From: Bradymonadia bacterium
GTDB lineage: Bacteria; Myxococcota_A; Bradymonadia; UBA7976; UBA1532
NCBI GenBank assembly: GCA_046290225.1
Contig: JBKAGE010000058.1
Coordinates: 1-61,084, forward strand
Reading direction: 5' to 3'
DNA length: 61,084 nucleotides
Shown here: positions 49,680 through 60,147 of the stretch, in pieces
Position numbering within the stretch: the first letter of the stretch is position 1
Layout of the letters: every line of letters starts with the position of its first letter
Made by a program: the position numbers and the translations under genes
Notes under the pieces: model-generated
What the model was told of the DNA's origin: nothing
The model's input: the letters and a program-made list of their open reading frames with translations, nothing else
The model's database searches: none

Positions 49680-50819
49680 TCAATCGATGCCCAGAGACCA
49701 GGTCGACGCCTGGCCCTGCTTGAGGGTGAGGGTCGTGCCATCCCAGTACAGCGCCTTTGAGGCGTCGCTGGCGCTGACGATCTTGTAGCCCCCTCCGGCG
49801 ACCTGTTCGAGTTTCCATTGTTGGGCAGTGTTGCCGCCGACCAGATCTGAGATCCCCAAGACATTCTTGCCTTGAACGGTGAGCACCTTCTTGCTCGTGG
49901 TCTTCCAGCGAATGATCAGGGTGTCGGCCTTCGCCCCTCCGTCGGCCAGGCGTTCGAATCGCCAGGCGTCGTCGGTGACCTTGTGGGCAGGGTTGGGGCT
50001 GACAACGCTGAAGGCGTTGCCGTTCCACGACAGCGCTTTGCTGCCCACAATCAGCCGTGGATACAGTGGCGTGACGATCGATTTTACATAGGTGCTGTTG
50101 GTCAGCGTAGCGCTGGCCACAGCGGTGTTGCGGGTGTGAAAGGTGTATTTCTTCTGGCCACTGTTGCCGGGTCGAATACAGCCCCAAGTGTCGGTGGAAG
50201 CGTCTTTGACGCACTCACCATCATTGAAGGCCCAATGGAGCGTCGGCTGAGCGCTGGTCTCGCCCACGAGCTTGGCGTATCCGACGGTTTGACCACCCAC
50301 CTTGACGTCGTACATCTGCTCGCCAGAGGCAGGCTTGACCTGAAACTGTTGTAACCCTGACTGTCGAGCAGTCTTGTTGGCACCGGTGACTGCCTTGGTG
50401 TACGTGCTCACCTGCCGGTCCGAGACGAGCTGAGGCACATAACCCCTGTTGGGTGCCAGAGCGGTCGCAGCGTCGTCCTTGCCGACTGTGGCGCCGAGTT
50501 GATCGGTGAAGCCGTTCTGGGGCAGCTCGGCCGCGAAGTACTTGCCATTGCCCGGGAGAATGCTGCCCGACATCTGCCGCCACACCTCTTCGTGGAAGCT
50601 GAAGCCGGCGTCGGCGTTGCTGGTGGGGACGATTTTGTGTTCGAAGAAGCTGAAGAGCTTGCCCCGAGAGGACCAGAGCATCTGCCCTTGAGTGAGGAGC
50701 CCATCGTCGGCAGGTACGTAGGTGGGCCCGACGACGATCTGCCCGTGGGCGATGGCGAGCAGACCGAGGCCAGACAAGGCGAGGGGGATCAGGGCGTTGA
50801 GGGGGAGTCGACGTCGCAT
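49680..50819 (-). CDS. Secreted protein with ricin-B-like (QxW) C-terminal region
   Basis: Signal peptide, QQWKLEQVAGGGYKIVS and AWRFE. Its start overlaps the end of the upstream kinase gene. Confidence 0.55.
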   Translation of the reverse strand: MRRRLPLNALIPLALSGLGLLAIAHGQIVVGPTYVPADDGLLTQGQMLWSSRGKLFSFFEHKIVPTSNADAGFSFHEEVWRQMSGSILPGNGKYFAAELPQNGFTDQLGATVGKDDAATALAPNRGYVPQLVSDRQVSTYTKAVTGANKTARQSGLQQFQVKPASGEQMYDVKVGGQTVGYAKLVGETSAQPTLHWAFNDGECVKDASTDTWGCIRPGNSGQKKYTFHTRNTAVASATLTNSTYVKSIVTPLYPRLIVGSKALSWNGNAFSVVSPNPAHKVTDDAWRFERLADGGAKADTLIIRWKTTSKKVLTVQGKNVLGISDLVGGNTAQQWKLEQVAGGGYKIVSASDASKALYWDGTTLTLKQGQASTWSLGID

Positions 50820-53800
50820 GAACTCTCCGGTGACCCGACGAAGCCCGTGAGGGCTTCCAGGGGCGACATGATGCCGTGATGAACGGTGCGCAACCTCTCG
50901 GGCACCAGCTCGACCAGAGAGGCGACGGCATCGTGCCACGAACCCTCGCCGTGGGCTCCTCTTTTGTGTGCGAAGAGCCCCAGCACCTGAATGGCGAGGG
51001 TCAATGGGAGTTGACTGCGTACCTGCTGGACCTTCGCCGAGATCGCATCGGCATCGAGCGGCGGGTCTGAGGAGGCGGCGTACGTCAGGGCCTCGCCGAT
51101 CAGCCCGACGGGCCCTTGCCCGCCGGTGATGTGGAGGATCCGCCGAGAGAGGCGCTCCGCGAGCTCTGCTTCACCGAGCCTGAGGGCGAGCACGCCCTCT
51201 TGTACGAGCATGCCCAGGAGCTGATCAGGGGTGCCCATCTGCTCCGCGGCCTCGATCAGCTCGAGATCGACGCGCCTGGCGAGGCCCTGGCGAATATCGA
51301 CATCCCTCAAAATGTACTCGGCGTACGCTTCGCTCGACGTCAGACGGTGCGCCTCGGCCTCCGCCTTGATCTCCAGCGCGGTGGCACGGGCGTCACCATA
51401 ACGGGCGCTCTCAAGATGGTTGAGCGCGACGTTGATGCGAGAGGGCAGCCGCTCGGTGATCTTGAGTCGTTTCTCTGCGGCCTCCGCGTGATGCGACGCG
51501 GCCTTGGCGTAATCACCGCGCTGATAGGCGGCGATGCCACACCACGTGGCGTAGAGGCCCTGAAGGTGTTGAGGGGCGGTCCGTGCCTGCTCGGCGAGGG
51601 CGGTCAGGCATTCAGAGACATGTTGCGCGCCTTGTCGTGTGGCGAGCCTGAACCGCGCTTCGTGGCGTCGCCACTCCAGCTCCAGGTCGTCGAAGGGCGC
51701 CAGGGCGTCTACGGCGGCCTGGGCGGTGGCTGGATCCTGGCCGGCGACGGCCTCGAAGGTCTCGAGCAGCTGCACGAGCCGCTCGGCTTCGGGGTTGTGG
51801 GTACATCGACCCAGAGCGTCGATGGTGGTGGCCCGAGCCTGTGAGGTCGGTGAGCTCAGGGCGGTGAGCGTGAGCGAGTGCAGCAATGGGCTGAGCTGTG
51901 CATGAGAGAGCGGTGAAGGGCGGCCGGTAGGCGTCAACGCCTCCAGCGCCATGATCTGCACCTGTAGGGCCGACTCTTGATTGCCTGCCTCGAGCAGCCG
52001 GCTCGCCCGGGCGACCCCCTCACGGGCCACGAGGGGCCCGTCGCCGAGGGCGATGGCTTGGCTGAGTCGACCTTCGGCTCCGGGGCTCAGGGCGTCGACC
52101 ACCGTGCGCCGCGCCGAGAGGCGAGTGTTGGGGCTCCACCGCTGCAAAGCCCGAGCTGGGATCCGTGGCTCCACACGGCCGTCCATCAGCGTGTGCACCG
52201 CGCCGAGCTCCGTCAGCGCTTCGATCTCCATCTGCAGTGTCCACAAAGGTACCTGGGTGAAGGCTGCAAGCTCGGCCACCGTGGTGTGGGGCCACGCCAG
52301 ACTGACCCAGGCGAGCCGGTCTTCGAGCCCTGGCTGATTCGACAACGCCTGAAGGGCGGTCTGCGCGCCTTTGGCCTGACGCGCCAGGGGACGCTGATCG
52401 AGCCGTATGAGCGCGTCTCGGCCAATGTGCAGCTGGTCGTCACGCCAGGTGGCGAGGCCGGCGCTCAGCCACGTGATCACTTCGGTGGTGATGTGCCGGG
52501 GCAGACCCCCAGTACGGTTGAAGAGGGTGCGGACCCCATCTTCCACTAGGTGCAACAGCCGATCAGGCCCGGCAAAGAGGGGGCTGAGATCGGCGGCGTC
52601 GAGCGGGCTCAAGATCAGATCTGCAGGGTGGCTCTCGGCCACGACGCGAAACACTGCGCCCTTGTCCCTGATGCGTTGTAGACAGTTCGCTGACCATCGA
52701 TCGAGCTGATCAGCTCGATCGGCGATGAGCACGGTGCCTGCAGCAAGTAGATCTTCGATGAGGGTGTCGACCCGATCGAGCATGGCGTTCAAGCCCGCAG
52801 AGAGCAACGCAGGATCTTCGAGCACTGAGGGGTCGATGATGGGGGTCAGGCTCTCGAGAGGCCCACGGCCGGCGGGCAGCCAGTGCACCACCCGGCCCTG
52901 CGCTTCCAAGCGCTCTGCTGCGCGCTCCAGCGTCCAGGTGAGGCCACAGCCCGAGGGCCCGGAGAGATCCATGGCCTTGCCGCTCAGCCCACCCTGTACG
53001 AGGGCTTCGATGGTTCGACCGTCGCCGAGAGGTGGCAGGGTTTCACCGAGGGCAGCGCCCCGCTGTAGTCGGGCAAGGGTGTCCGCAGCGCTGCGCGGAC
53101 GGTCGTCGGTCTTGATGCTGAGCAGCGCGTCGATGACCTGACACACGTGGAGCGGTACGTGAGGGGCCACGCTGTGCAGTGGCTCAGGTGCCGTGACGAG
53201 TTTGCGCCGCATGAGCAGCTGCATGTCATCGCCCCCCACAGGCGGTCGCCCGGCGAGGTGCTCATACAGCATCACGCCCACTGCGTAGAGATCGGCGAGG
53301 TGGGTGATCTCACCGCCAATGATCTGCTCTGGAGACAGGTAGAGGGGCGTGCCGACGAGCATGCCCTCCCGAGTCACCGTATAGCCACTGCCCATGGGCC
53401 GGGCCACGCCAAAGTCGATGAGGGTGGGCCAGCCCTCGGCGTCGACGAGCACGTTCCCGGGCTTGATGTCGCGGTGTACGAGGCCCGCATCGTGCACACC
53501 GCCGAGGATCTCGAGCAACGCTTGCACGGTGTCGGCGATGGCGTCCCAGCGCCCTGGGTGTACCCCATGCCCTCTAGGGCCAGGGAAGGGGCTGCCCGCC
53601 ACGAGAGACATCACGATGAAGGGGCACCCCTCGTGGATGCCCTCGTCGATCAGCTGCACCACCCCAGGACGCTGCAGGCACTCGAGGGCGGCGATCTCAC
53701 GGGCCATACGCCCTTGCTCAGTGTCGTTGCCCGGAGACATGAGCTTGACCGCCACCAGCTCACCGTCTCGCTGGCGGGCCTGGTACACCACCCCCGAGCC

Positions 53801-53878
53801 GCCGCGACCGAGGATGACGCCGAGGGTGATGCCGTCGCCGATGCGCAGACCAGACCACTGATCGAGGGGGCGGTGCAT
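50789..53878 (-). CDS. Ser/Thr protein kinase with degenerate STAND-like NTPase and helical repeat domains
   Basis: GRGGSGVV, VAVK, HRDIKPGN, DFG and GTPLYLSPE, then GPSGCGLT pseudo-Walker A. ATGA-coupled to the upstream paralog. Confidence 0.85.
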   Translation of the reverse strand: MHRPLDQWSGLRIGDGITLGVILGRGGSGVVYQARQRDGELVAVKLMSPGNDTEQGRMAREIAALECLQRPGVVQLIDEGIHEGCPFIVMSLVAGSPFPGPRGHGVHPGRWDAIADTVQALLEILGGVHDAGLVHRDIKPGNVLVDAEGWPTLIDFGVARPMGSGYTVTREGMLVGTPLYLSPEQIIGGEITHLADLYAVGVMLYEHLAGRPPVGGDDMQLLMRRKLVTAPEPLHSVAPHVPLHVCQVIDALLSIKTDDRPRSAADTLARLQRGAALGETLPPLGDGRTIEALVQGGLSGKAMDLSGPSGCGLTWTLERAAERLEAQGRVVHWLPAGRGPLESLTPIIDPSVLEDPALLSAGLNAMLDRVDTLIEDLLAAGTVLIADRADQLDRWSANCLQRIRDKGAVFRVVAESHPADLILSPLDAADLSPLFAGPDRLLHLVEDGVRTLFNRTGGLPRHITTEVITWLSAGLATWRDDQLHIGRDALIRLDQRPLARQAKGAQTALQALSNQPGLEDRLAWVSLAWPHTTVAELAAFTQVPLWTLQMEIEALTELGAVHTLMDGRVEPRIPARALQRWSPNTRLSARRTVVDALSPGAEGRLSQAIALGDGPLVAREGVARASRLLEAGNQESALQVQIMALEALTPTGRPSPLSHAQLSPLLHSLTLTALSSPTSQARATTIDALGRCTHNPEAERLVQLLETFEAVAGQDPATAQAAVDALAPFDDLELEWRRHEARFRLATRQGAQHVSECLTALAEQARTAPQHLQGLYATWCGIAAYQRGDYAKAASHHAEAAEKRLKITERLPSRINVALNHLESARYGDARATALEIKAEAEAHRLTSSEAYAEYILRDVDIRQGLARRVDLELIEAAEQMGTPDQLLGMLVQEGVLALRLGEAELAERLSRRILHITGGQGPVGLIGEALTYAASSDPPLDADAISAKVQQVRSQLPLTLAIQVLGLFAHKRGAHGEGSWHDAVASLVELVPERLRTVHHGIMSPLEALTGFVGSPESSCDVDSPSTP

Positions 53879-56800
53879 CAAACGCCCTTGGGGTTGCGGC
53901 GCCTGGCGAGGGCGACCCACTGAGGCAGAGGCTCGGGGGCGGCTTCCACGAGCCAGGCCAGGGCCTGACCGTTGATGTGGGCTGTAGGCGTGATGTGCAG
54001 CGGGGTCCCCAGAGCCATGGAGGGGGTGGGCACTGGGCAGAGGTGTTGCGCCAGCGCCTGGCATCGACGCTGCTGCTCCGCCTGATCTGCGTGAGGCTGG
54101 CTGCACAGCAGCAGAGCCTCGGCGAGGTGTTGTAGATGGGGCCGGGGCACTGCACGCCACAGTCGAGCGGCCTGTCGCGCCCACCGCCGCACCCTCGGGT
54201 GCCCTGAGCGCCACGCGAACACTGCCTCTTGGAAGACGATGTGGGCTGCGGTGTCTGCGGCCATGGGATAGGCCTGAGGCAACGACAGAGCCCCTTGTAC
54301 CAGGGCCTCGTCAGGGGCCGTGTCCCGAGGGCTCGAGGCTCGAAGAAGCCACGTGGCCCGTGCCTCCTGCTGCAACCAGCGGGCCTCCTCTGCCACCGCC
54401 CGACATTCGCTGGCGATGCGCTGCACCTCGTCGAACTGCTGCGCTGCGAGGCGGGCCTCGGCGACGATGAGCAGGTGGTTGATCTTCTGAGCGTGCACAT
54501 CACAGGCCTCTGCAGCGCGCTCGAAGGCCTCTGCCGCAGAGGAGATCGCCCCCTGATGCAGTCGCTGCCACCCTTGCCAGGACCACCAGAGCACCGGGCC
54601 ACGGCGTCCGAAGGGCGGCGCACCATCGGCGAGGGATGTCCAGCGCTGAAAGAGCGCCTGAGCGCCGTCGGGCTCGATCAGGAGATCGCGGCGGACCAGA
54701 TGGCTCAAACGATGGACGTCGAGATCACGGCTCAGGTGCTCTGGCAGCTGGTCGAGCTGCTCAAGCACCACCATGGGCAGCGCCACCTCGGTGTGAGGCT
54801 CCTCGGAGATCCAGGTGGGCACAAAGGCCTCGTCCGAGGCTGCGGACAAGTCGTCGGTGTGGGCGTTGAGCCCTGCCATGGGCCCTTGCCCCAGAAAGAC
54901 CTGGGCGGCGTTGAGCAGAGTGAGCAGGGGCCCGAGCTGTGCCCGGGGCAGCTCGCTGCGTTCGACGAGATAGAGCGCCTCCACTGGGGCGCTGGTGAGC
55001 CCCCATTGGCCCGCCTCAAGGGCCGTGAAGGTGAGCTGCTCAAGCAACTGCATCTCGCGAATCGGCCGGGGCGTACCGCTCACCCTGACCTTGCTCAGGG
55101 CTTCCTCGAGGGACCACAGCGCTTCAGGGAACGCCCCTTGCCCTCGCCATTGCGCCGCCGTGAGCAGCGACTCTTCCACCACCGGATCGAGGTGATCAGT
55201 GGTGAGCAGGTGCTCCAGCCGGCCAGGGGTCCCCGGAGGCAACAGGTGGGCGATGCGTCCGTGAGCGCTCTGTCGATCTTCGTGAGACCACTCGTCGAGG
55301 GCTGTGGCAGGCACACAGGGTGCCCATGCCGAGCCGTCACTGCGGATCGCTCCGGCGCGGGTGAGCTCGGCGAGGGACATCGACAGCGCCCAGCGAGGTT
55401 GCCCGGTGAGGGTGGCGAGCCGTTCGGGGGTGGCATAGGGCCACGCGAGCGTGATCCACGCCAGCAGGGTCTCCAGGGTGCCTTGGGCTTCGTCGAGGTA
55501 CGGGCGCCGCCCCGGGCGGATCGCCAGAGGTGGTCGCTGCTTCATACGTTGCAGCCAGCGCCAGTCCACCCAGAGTCGCCGCTCTGCCTCTTCACCGATC
55601 CAGCGGGCCATGCCCGTGCCCACCCAGGCGCCGATCTCCGTCGTCACCGAGCCGGGGTGACCCCGGGTGAGGGTGTACAGCAACGCGGCGCCGTCGGTCT
55701 GCAGATGGAGCAGTCGATCAGGCCCTTCGAAGAGCCGCGCGAGATCCAGCTCGGTGATCGCCGCCGGGGTCAGGCTTTGAGGGGAGAGCACCTCGGGCTG
55801 ATCTGGATCCGCAGGGGGAACGCGCACCCCCCGAAGCACCGGCCAGCGCTTGCGGTGAACCGCGAGCAAGCGCTGAGTCCAGCGATCCAGACGCTGCTCG
55901 TCGTCCACCACGAGGATGGCGGCCCGAGAGGATTGAGCCTCGAGCCAGGCCTGACCCAGCCGCTCCGACGAGGGGGCAGATTCGCCTTCGCCAAGCGTGC
56001 TCAGGCTCTCCAGCGGCTGCTCACCGTCTGGCAGATAGAGCACCTGCTTGCCCGCTTCGACGAGGGCCCCCACCACCTCTTCGATGGTGCGGCTGACACC
56101 AGATCCCTGCACACCGGTGATGTCGATGCTCTCGCCCGACGACACACGGCGCACCGCCTCGTCCACAGTCGCCCGCGAGCCCAGCCACGGCAGTTGACCG
56201 TAATCGAACTCCAAGTCATCGAGGGCGGCGATCACCGCGCCCGCGCTGCGGAAGCGATCGTCAGGTGACTGAGCGAGCATGCGATCGACGATGGCGGCGA
56301 GCTTTGGGTCGATCTGAGGGTGCACATAGCTCAGGGGAGGAGATGGGGTGGTCACGCGCTGTACGAGGACCGCCTCCACATCGTGCCCGGGGAAGGGGGG
56401 CTGACCTGCGAGGGCCTCGTACAGCATCACCCCCACAGCGTAGATGTCGGCGCGGCCGTCGACGCGGCGGGTGGTGCCGTCGGGGGTGTGCATCAGCACC
56501 TGCTCCGGGGCCACATAGCGCGGCGTGCCCAGGATCACGTTCCCCGTGATGGTGCTGCCGAGTACGGCGCCACGGGCCAGGCCGAAGTCGAGGATCACCG
56601 GGTGCCCCTGATCGTCGACGAGCACGTTCCCCGGTTTGAGATCTCGATGGATCACCCCCCGCTCGTGGATCCTGTGCAGGCTCGAGAGCAGGGCTTTGGT
56701 GGTCTCGGCGATTGCGGCCCACCGGTATCGACCATCCGGCGTCGGCGGGCAGCCAGGGAAGGGCTTGCCTTCGATCAGCTCGGTGACGATGAAGGGTCGA

Positions 56801-57111
56801 CGTTGATACACACCCTCGTCGAGGAACCGCACCACCCCCGGCAGCCGCAGCGCGCGCAGGGCCGACAACTCTCGAAGCAGGCGAGCGCCTTTCTCCTCGA
56901 GGGTGCCAAAGAGCCACTTGAGGGCCACCGAAGTGCCATTGAGGGTGTCCCAGGCACGATAGACCACCCCCGAGGTCCCCTGTCCGAGGATGGTGATCGG
57001 CTGATAACGACCACCGATCAGCTCTGCCGTCAGGGTGACTTCGCCGTGCTCATCGTTTGCCTGTGGTGGCGCGCTCCCGATCGCGTCATCCCCCTGGTGA
57101 TCGTCCGCCAA
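53878..57111 (-). CDS. Ser/Thr protein kinase with degenerate STAND-like NTPase and helical repeat domains
   Basis: GQGTSGVV, VALK, HRDLKPGN, DFG and GTPRYVAPE, then GVQGSGVS pseudo-Walker A and ILVVDD. Confidence 0.85.
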   Translation of the reverse strand: MADDHQGDDAIGSAPPQANDEHGEVTLTAELIGGRYQPITILGQGTSGVVYRAWDTLNGTSVALKWLFGTLEEKGARLLRELSALRALRLPGVVRFLDEGVYQRRPFIVTELIEGKPFPGCPPTPDGRYRWAAIAETTKALLSSLHRIHERGVIHRDLKPGNVLVDDQGHPVILDFGLARGAVLGSTITGNVILGTPRYVAPEQVLMHTPDGTTRRVDGRADIYAVGVMLYEALAGQPPFPGHDVEAVLVQRVTTPSPPLSYVHPQIDPKLAAIVDRMLAQSPDDRFRSAGAVIAALDDLEFDYGQLPWLGSRATVDEAVRRVSSGESIDITGVQGSGVSRTIEEVVGALVEAGKQVLYLPDGEQPLESLSTLGEGESAPSSERLGQAWLEAQSSRAAILVVDDEQRLDRWTQRLLAVHRKRWPVLRGVRVPPADPDQPEVLSPQSLTPAAITELDLARLFEGPDRLLHLQTDGAALLYTLTRGHPGSVTTEIGAWVGTGMARWIGEEAERRLWVDWRWLQRMKQRPPLAIRPGRRPYLDEAQGTLETLLAWITLAWPYATPERLATLTGQPRWALSMSLAELTRAGAIRSDGSAWAPCVPATALDEWSHEDRQSAHGRIAHLLPPGTPGRLEHLLTTDHLDPVVEESLLTAAQWRGQGAFPEALWSLEEALSKVRVSGTPRPIREMQLLEQLTFTALEAGQWGLTSAPVEALYLVERSELPRAQLGPLLTLLNAAQVFLGQGPMAGLNAHTDDLSAASDEAFVPTWISEEPHTEVALPMVVLEQLDQLPEHLSRDLDVHRLSHLVRRDLLIEPDGAQALFQRWTSLADGAPPFGRRGPVLWWSWQGWQRLHQGAISSAAEAFERAAEACDVHAQKINHLLIVAEARLAAQQFDEVQRIASECRAVAEEARWLQQEARATWLLRASSPRDTAPDEALVQGALSLPQAYPMAADTAAHIVFQEAVFAWRSGHPRVRRWARQAARLWRAVPRPHLQHLAEALLLCSQPHADQAEQQRRCQALAQHLCPVPTPSMALGTPLHITPTAHINGQALAWLVEAAPEPLPQWVALARRRNPKGV

Positions 57112-57140
57112 CAGTCTCCCCCTGTCGATCGAGCGTGGGC

Positions 57141-57497
57141 TCAGCTGCCTCGGTAAGTGCTGTATCCAAAGGGACTGAGCAGTAGCGGGATGTGGTAGTG
57201 TGCCTCAGGACCCACCCCCTCGGGAACCACGAACTCCACCTGCACCTGCGGATAGAAGACCGGACGGCCTCGACTCGAGAGCCATGGCCCGGTTTCGAAC
57301 TGCATACGCCAGTGCCCCACGAGGCTGGCTCCTGAAGGCAACAGGTCAGTGACTCGGCCGTCAGCATTGGTGACACCCGAGGCCACGACCTCCCATTGGT
57401 CGCCCGCCCGACGAGCGAGGCTCAGCGCCAGCCCTTCAGCGGGGCTGCCTTCAGCAGTGTCGAGAACATGCGTGGTGATGGGGCTTGAAGCTGACAT
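57141..57497 (-). CDS. uraH: 5-hydroxyisourate hydrolase (transthyretin-like)
   Basis: ITTHVLDT, TNADGR, FYP and HYHIPLLLSPFGYSTYRGS. Confidence 0.93.
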   Translation of the reverse strand: MSASSPITTHVLDTAEGSPAEGLALSLARRAGDQWEVVASGVTNADGRVTDLLPSGASLVGHWRMQFETGPWLSSRGRPVFYPQVQVEFVVPEGVGPEAHYHIPLLLSPFGYSTYRGS

Positions 57498-57579
57498 GAG
57501 GCGCCTCTCGTGTTGAAGAGGCCTCAGGGTGGGCTTTTTGACGACGGGGTTCAAACTTTCCCCGTGTGGTGCGGCAGGC

Positions 57580-59148
57580 TCAGCGGCGACGGCGGCGGAT
57601 GCCGAGGGCCAGCAGCCCCAGCAGCCAGAAGCCCTGACCCGAGGTCGTGGCCGAGGTGGAGCAGCCCTCGCTGCTGCCCTGCTGACGCTCCACGATGCGG
57701 TCGACGTCCTGACCGGGCTCTTCCACCTCGCCGGTGATGCCACCCATACCACCCACGGGCATCATGTCTTCCCCGCCAGCGCCACCCTCGGGCTCTTCAG
57801 GATCCTCGGGGTCCTCAGGATCTTCAGGGCCCTCAGGATCTTCAGGGTCCTCGGGATCTTCAGGATCCTCGGGGTCCACCGGGTCTTCGGGGTCTTCAGG
57901 ATCGTCTTCGCGCTCGCCGCCGCAGATGAAGGTCTCGGGGCAGATGCCCTGGCGATCAGCGTTGTCGTTCAGGCAGACGTTGAAGCCCGGCTGCACCTGG
58001 TAGCAGGCGGTGTTGCCGGGGCAGTCGGCGCCGCTCTCGCACTGAACCGTGCAGATGCCGTAGCCCTCGCCGGTGTCGGCACAGAAGCCACCAGGATCAC
58101 ACTGGCTGTCGTTGTCGCAGAGGTTGCACACAGCGCAGTTGCCACCGCGATCGCGATCGTCGGTGTCATCGCAGCGATCGCCGAGGCCGTCGAGATCCGT
58201 GTCCGCCTGCTGGGGGTTCGAGACGTCAGGGCAGTTGTCGAAGCGGTCGCTGATGCCATCACCGTCGGTGTCCATGGGGGGCGGGCTGTTGGCGCCGTTT
58301 ACCCACGGGGGCAACTCGTAACCGCCGCGCTCACCAGCTCGCCGAGCCTGCTCACGGATCCAGTCACCCCAGCCGGAGACGGCGGAGTAGGTTGGGAACG
58401 AGCAGCTCTGACCGCCGCGAGAGAGGGCGCCCAGCACTCGACCATCGGCGTCGATGGCGGGGCCGCCGGAGTCGCCCTGGCACGTGCCGTCGTCGCCGAC
58501 GAACTCGTTGGACTGTACGCCGAACTGTGCGCAGCCCTGCCCCGAGCACAGCACCTCGAGACCGTTCCGAATGCGCCGGGTACCCGAGGAGCCGCCCTCG
58601 CCGAACTGTCCATAGCCGATGGCGGTGAAGCGCTCGCCGCGGGCCACGGCCTCGTCGAGGCGGGGCTCGAGGGGGATGGCCTCGGTGCTGGGGATGTTGC
58701 GGTCGAGGATCAAGATGGCGATGTCTTCACCGCAGATGTCGCCATTCTCTCGAGGCACGATGACTTCAGCCACACCGTAGTACCCGTTCGACCGTCGAGG
58801 CAGGCTGGTCTCGGTGGTGACGAAGACGGTGCCCGGGTTCGAGGCGGCCCCGAAGGTGGCCTGACCGCAGATGACACCCCCTGGAGGCGTGCTGGCGATG
58901 CAGTGCTGCGCGGTGATGACCATGTTCGGCGCCACCAGCGAGCCGGTGCAGGTGCCGAACCCGCCGCCGGCCTGGGTCACGAGGCCCACGACAGCGGTGT
59001 TGTTCGGATCGACCTGGCCATTCTCGATGGCAGAGAGCCGGGTGGCCACCTGCACGTCTTCGCCAGAGCCCATCTGGGGCTCATCGGCACAGCCTGCGAG
59101 CCCGACGGTGAGGGCTACGGCGCCAAGAGAGAGGGGGTGCTTCAACAT
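57580..59148 (-). CDS. Trypsin-like S1 serine protease lipoprotein with TSP3 repeat, acidic linker and MYXO-CTERM-like tail
   Basis: Lipobox LAGC, triad motifs TAQHC, DIAIL and GDSGGP, DTDGDGISDRFDNCP, and GCS...LLGLLALGIRRRR. Confidence 0.88.
   Translation of the reverse strand: MLKHPLSLGAVALTVGLAGCADEPQMGSGEDVQVATRLSAIENGQVDPNNTAVVGLVTQAGGGFGTCTGSLVAPNMVITAQHCIASTPPGGVICGQATFGAASNPGTVFVTTETSLPRRSNGYYGVAEVIVPRENGDICGEDIAILILDRNIPSTEAIPLEPRLDEAVARGERFTAIGYGQFGEGGSSGTRRIRNGLEVLCSGQGCAQFGVQSNEFVGDDGTCQGDSGGPAIDADGRVLGALSRGGQSCSFPTYSAVSGWGDWIREQARRAGERGGYELPPWVNGANSPPPMDTDGDGISDRFDNCPDVSNPQQADTDLDGLGDRCDDTDDRDRGGNCAVCNLCDNDSQCDPGGFCADTGEGYGICTVQCESGADCPGNTACYQVQPGFNVCLNDNADRQGICPETFICGGEREDDPEDPEDPVDPEDPEDPEDPEDPEGPEDPEDPEDPEEPEGGAGGEDMMPVGGMGGITGEVEEPGQDVDRIVERQQGSSEGCSTSATTSGQGFWLLGLLALGIRRRRR
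57786..57909 (-). repeat. 9-bp coding tandem repeat (Glu-Asp-Pro)n
   Basis: About 13 imperfect GA(A/G)GA(T/C)CC(T/C) units within the protease gene. Confidence 0.85.
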
Positions 59149-59386
59149 ACGACCTCGAAGGTGTCGGCGGTGATCGGAACGCGCACTGCGCTAACGGTGA
59201 TTTCGTTGTGCAAGTTCAAAGCCAAGTGCAACGCAGGCCCTCGAAGGCCCACTGAGTAGACTGGCCCACGTCGTGTCATTGGGGAATGAATCCCGTGAAA
59301 ACAGTGGTTTACGTGTGACCGTTCCAATTTCGGACACGATGGCTCCACACTGTGCGCCCAGTGATCGCAACGAGAACGGAGACGAC

Positions 59387-59869
59387 ATGAGCACCCGACC
59401 CTTCACCGTGCTGGGCATTCAACAAATCGCCGTGGGCGCCCTGAGCAAATCGGGCCTGAGGCACCTCTGGGTCGATCTGCTGGGCCTGACCCCCATGGGG
59501 CAGTTCAGCAGCGAGAAAGAGAACGTGGACGAGGACATCGTGCAGGCGGGTCACGGTCCGGCGGCTGTAGAGGTGGACTTGATGCAGCCCCTCGACCCGG
59601 AGAAGCGCCCGAAGGTGCATCAACCGGCGCTGAACCACGTGGGCCTGTGGGTGGATGATCTCCACAGCGCGGTGGACTGGCTCACGGCGCAAGGGGTGCG
59701 CTTCACGCCTGGGGGCATTCGCAAAGGGGCCGGGGGCCACGATGTGTGCTTCATTCACCCGAAGGGGAACGAGGCGTCACCGCAAGGTGGGGAGGGGGTG
59801 CTCATCGAGCTGGTGCAGGCGCCGCAGTCGGTGATCGACTTCGCCCGAACGATGGCCGAGGGCGGCTGA
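59387..59869 (+). CDS. VOC family protein (methylmalonyl-CoA epimerase / glyoxalase-like)
   Basis: [30 protein letters not shown] and [10 protein letters not shown]. Confidence 0.85.
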   Translation: MSTRPFTVLGIQQIAVGALSKSGLRHLWVDLLGLTPMGQFSSEKENVDEDIVQAGHGPAAVEVDLMQPLDPEKRPKVHQPALNHVGLWVDDLHSAVDWLTAQGVRFTPGGIRKGAGGHDVCFIHPKGNEASPQGGEGVLIELVQAPQSVIDFARTMAEGG

Positions 59870-59895
59870 GGGCGTGGGGCTGAGCTGTTGCACGC

Positions 59896-60147
59896 TCAGC
59901 CGTTCTGGCGCTGCTCCGCTTCGGCGAGCCACATGGCCCGCAGGGCTTCGACCTCGCTGAGATCCATGAGCTCGGTGCGATCGATGTCGAACTCGTCGTC
60001 ACCGCGCTCAGACTGCTCGGCCTCGACGCTCACGGCGGGCAGGCCCACGGCGGTGTCGATGCCGTCAGAGGCGACGGCCTCGGCGCCGACGAGGGTGTCG
60101 ACGTCGTCCATGTGCTCGATCTCGGGGGCGCTCTGGTTGATGCTCAC
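59896..60147 (-). CDS. Small acidic hypothetical protein
   Basis: 83 aa, AGGAG RBS before the GTG, host-like codon usage. Confidence 0.55.
   Translation of the reverse strand: MSINQSAPEIEHMDDVDTLVGAEAVASDGIDTAVGLPAVSVEAEQSERGDDEFDIDRTELMDLSEVEALRAMWLAEAEQRQNG

Noticed and set aside
53879..54214. 112-aa N-terminal extension of the second kinase
   Set aside because: It overlaps the upstream kinase. The ATGA-coupled start at 53878 is more plausible.
57786..57909. Periodic repeat considered as a CRISPR array
   Set aside because: 9-bp in-frame coding repeat without spacers, and no cas genes in the window.
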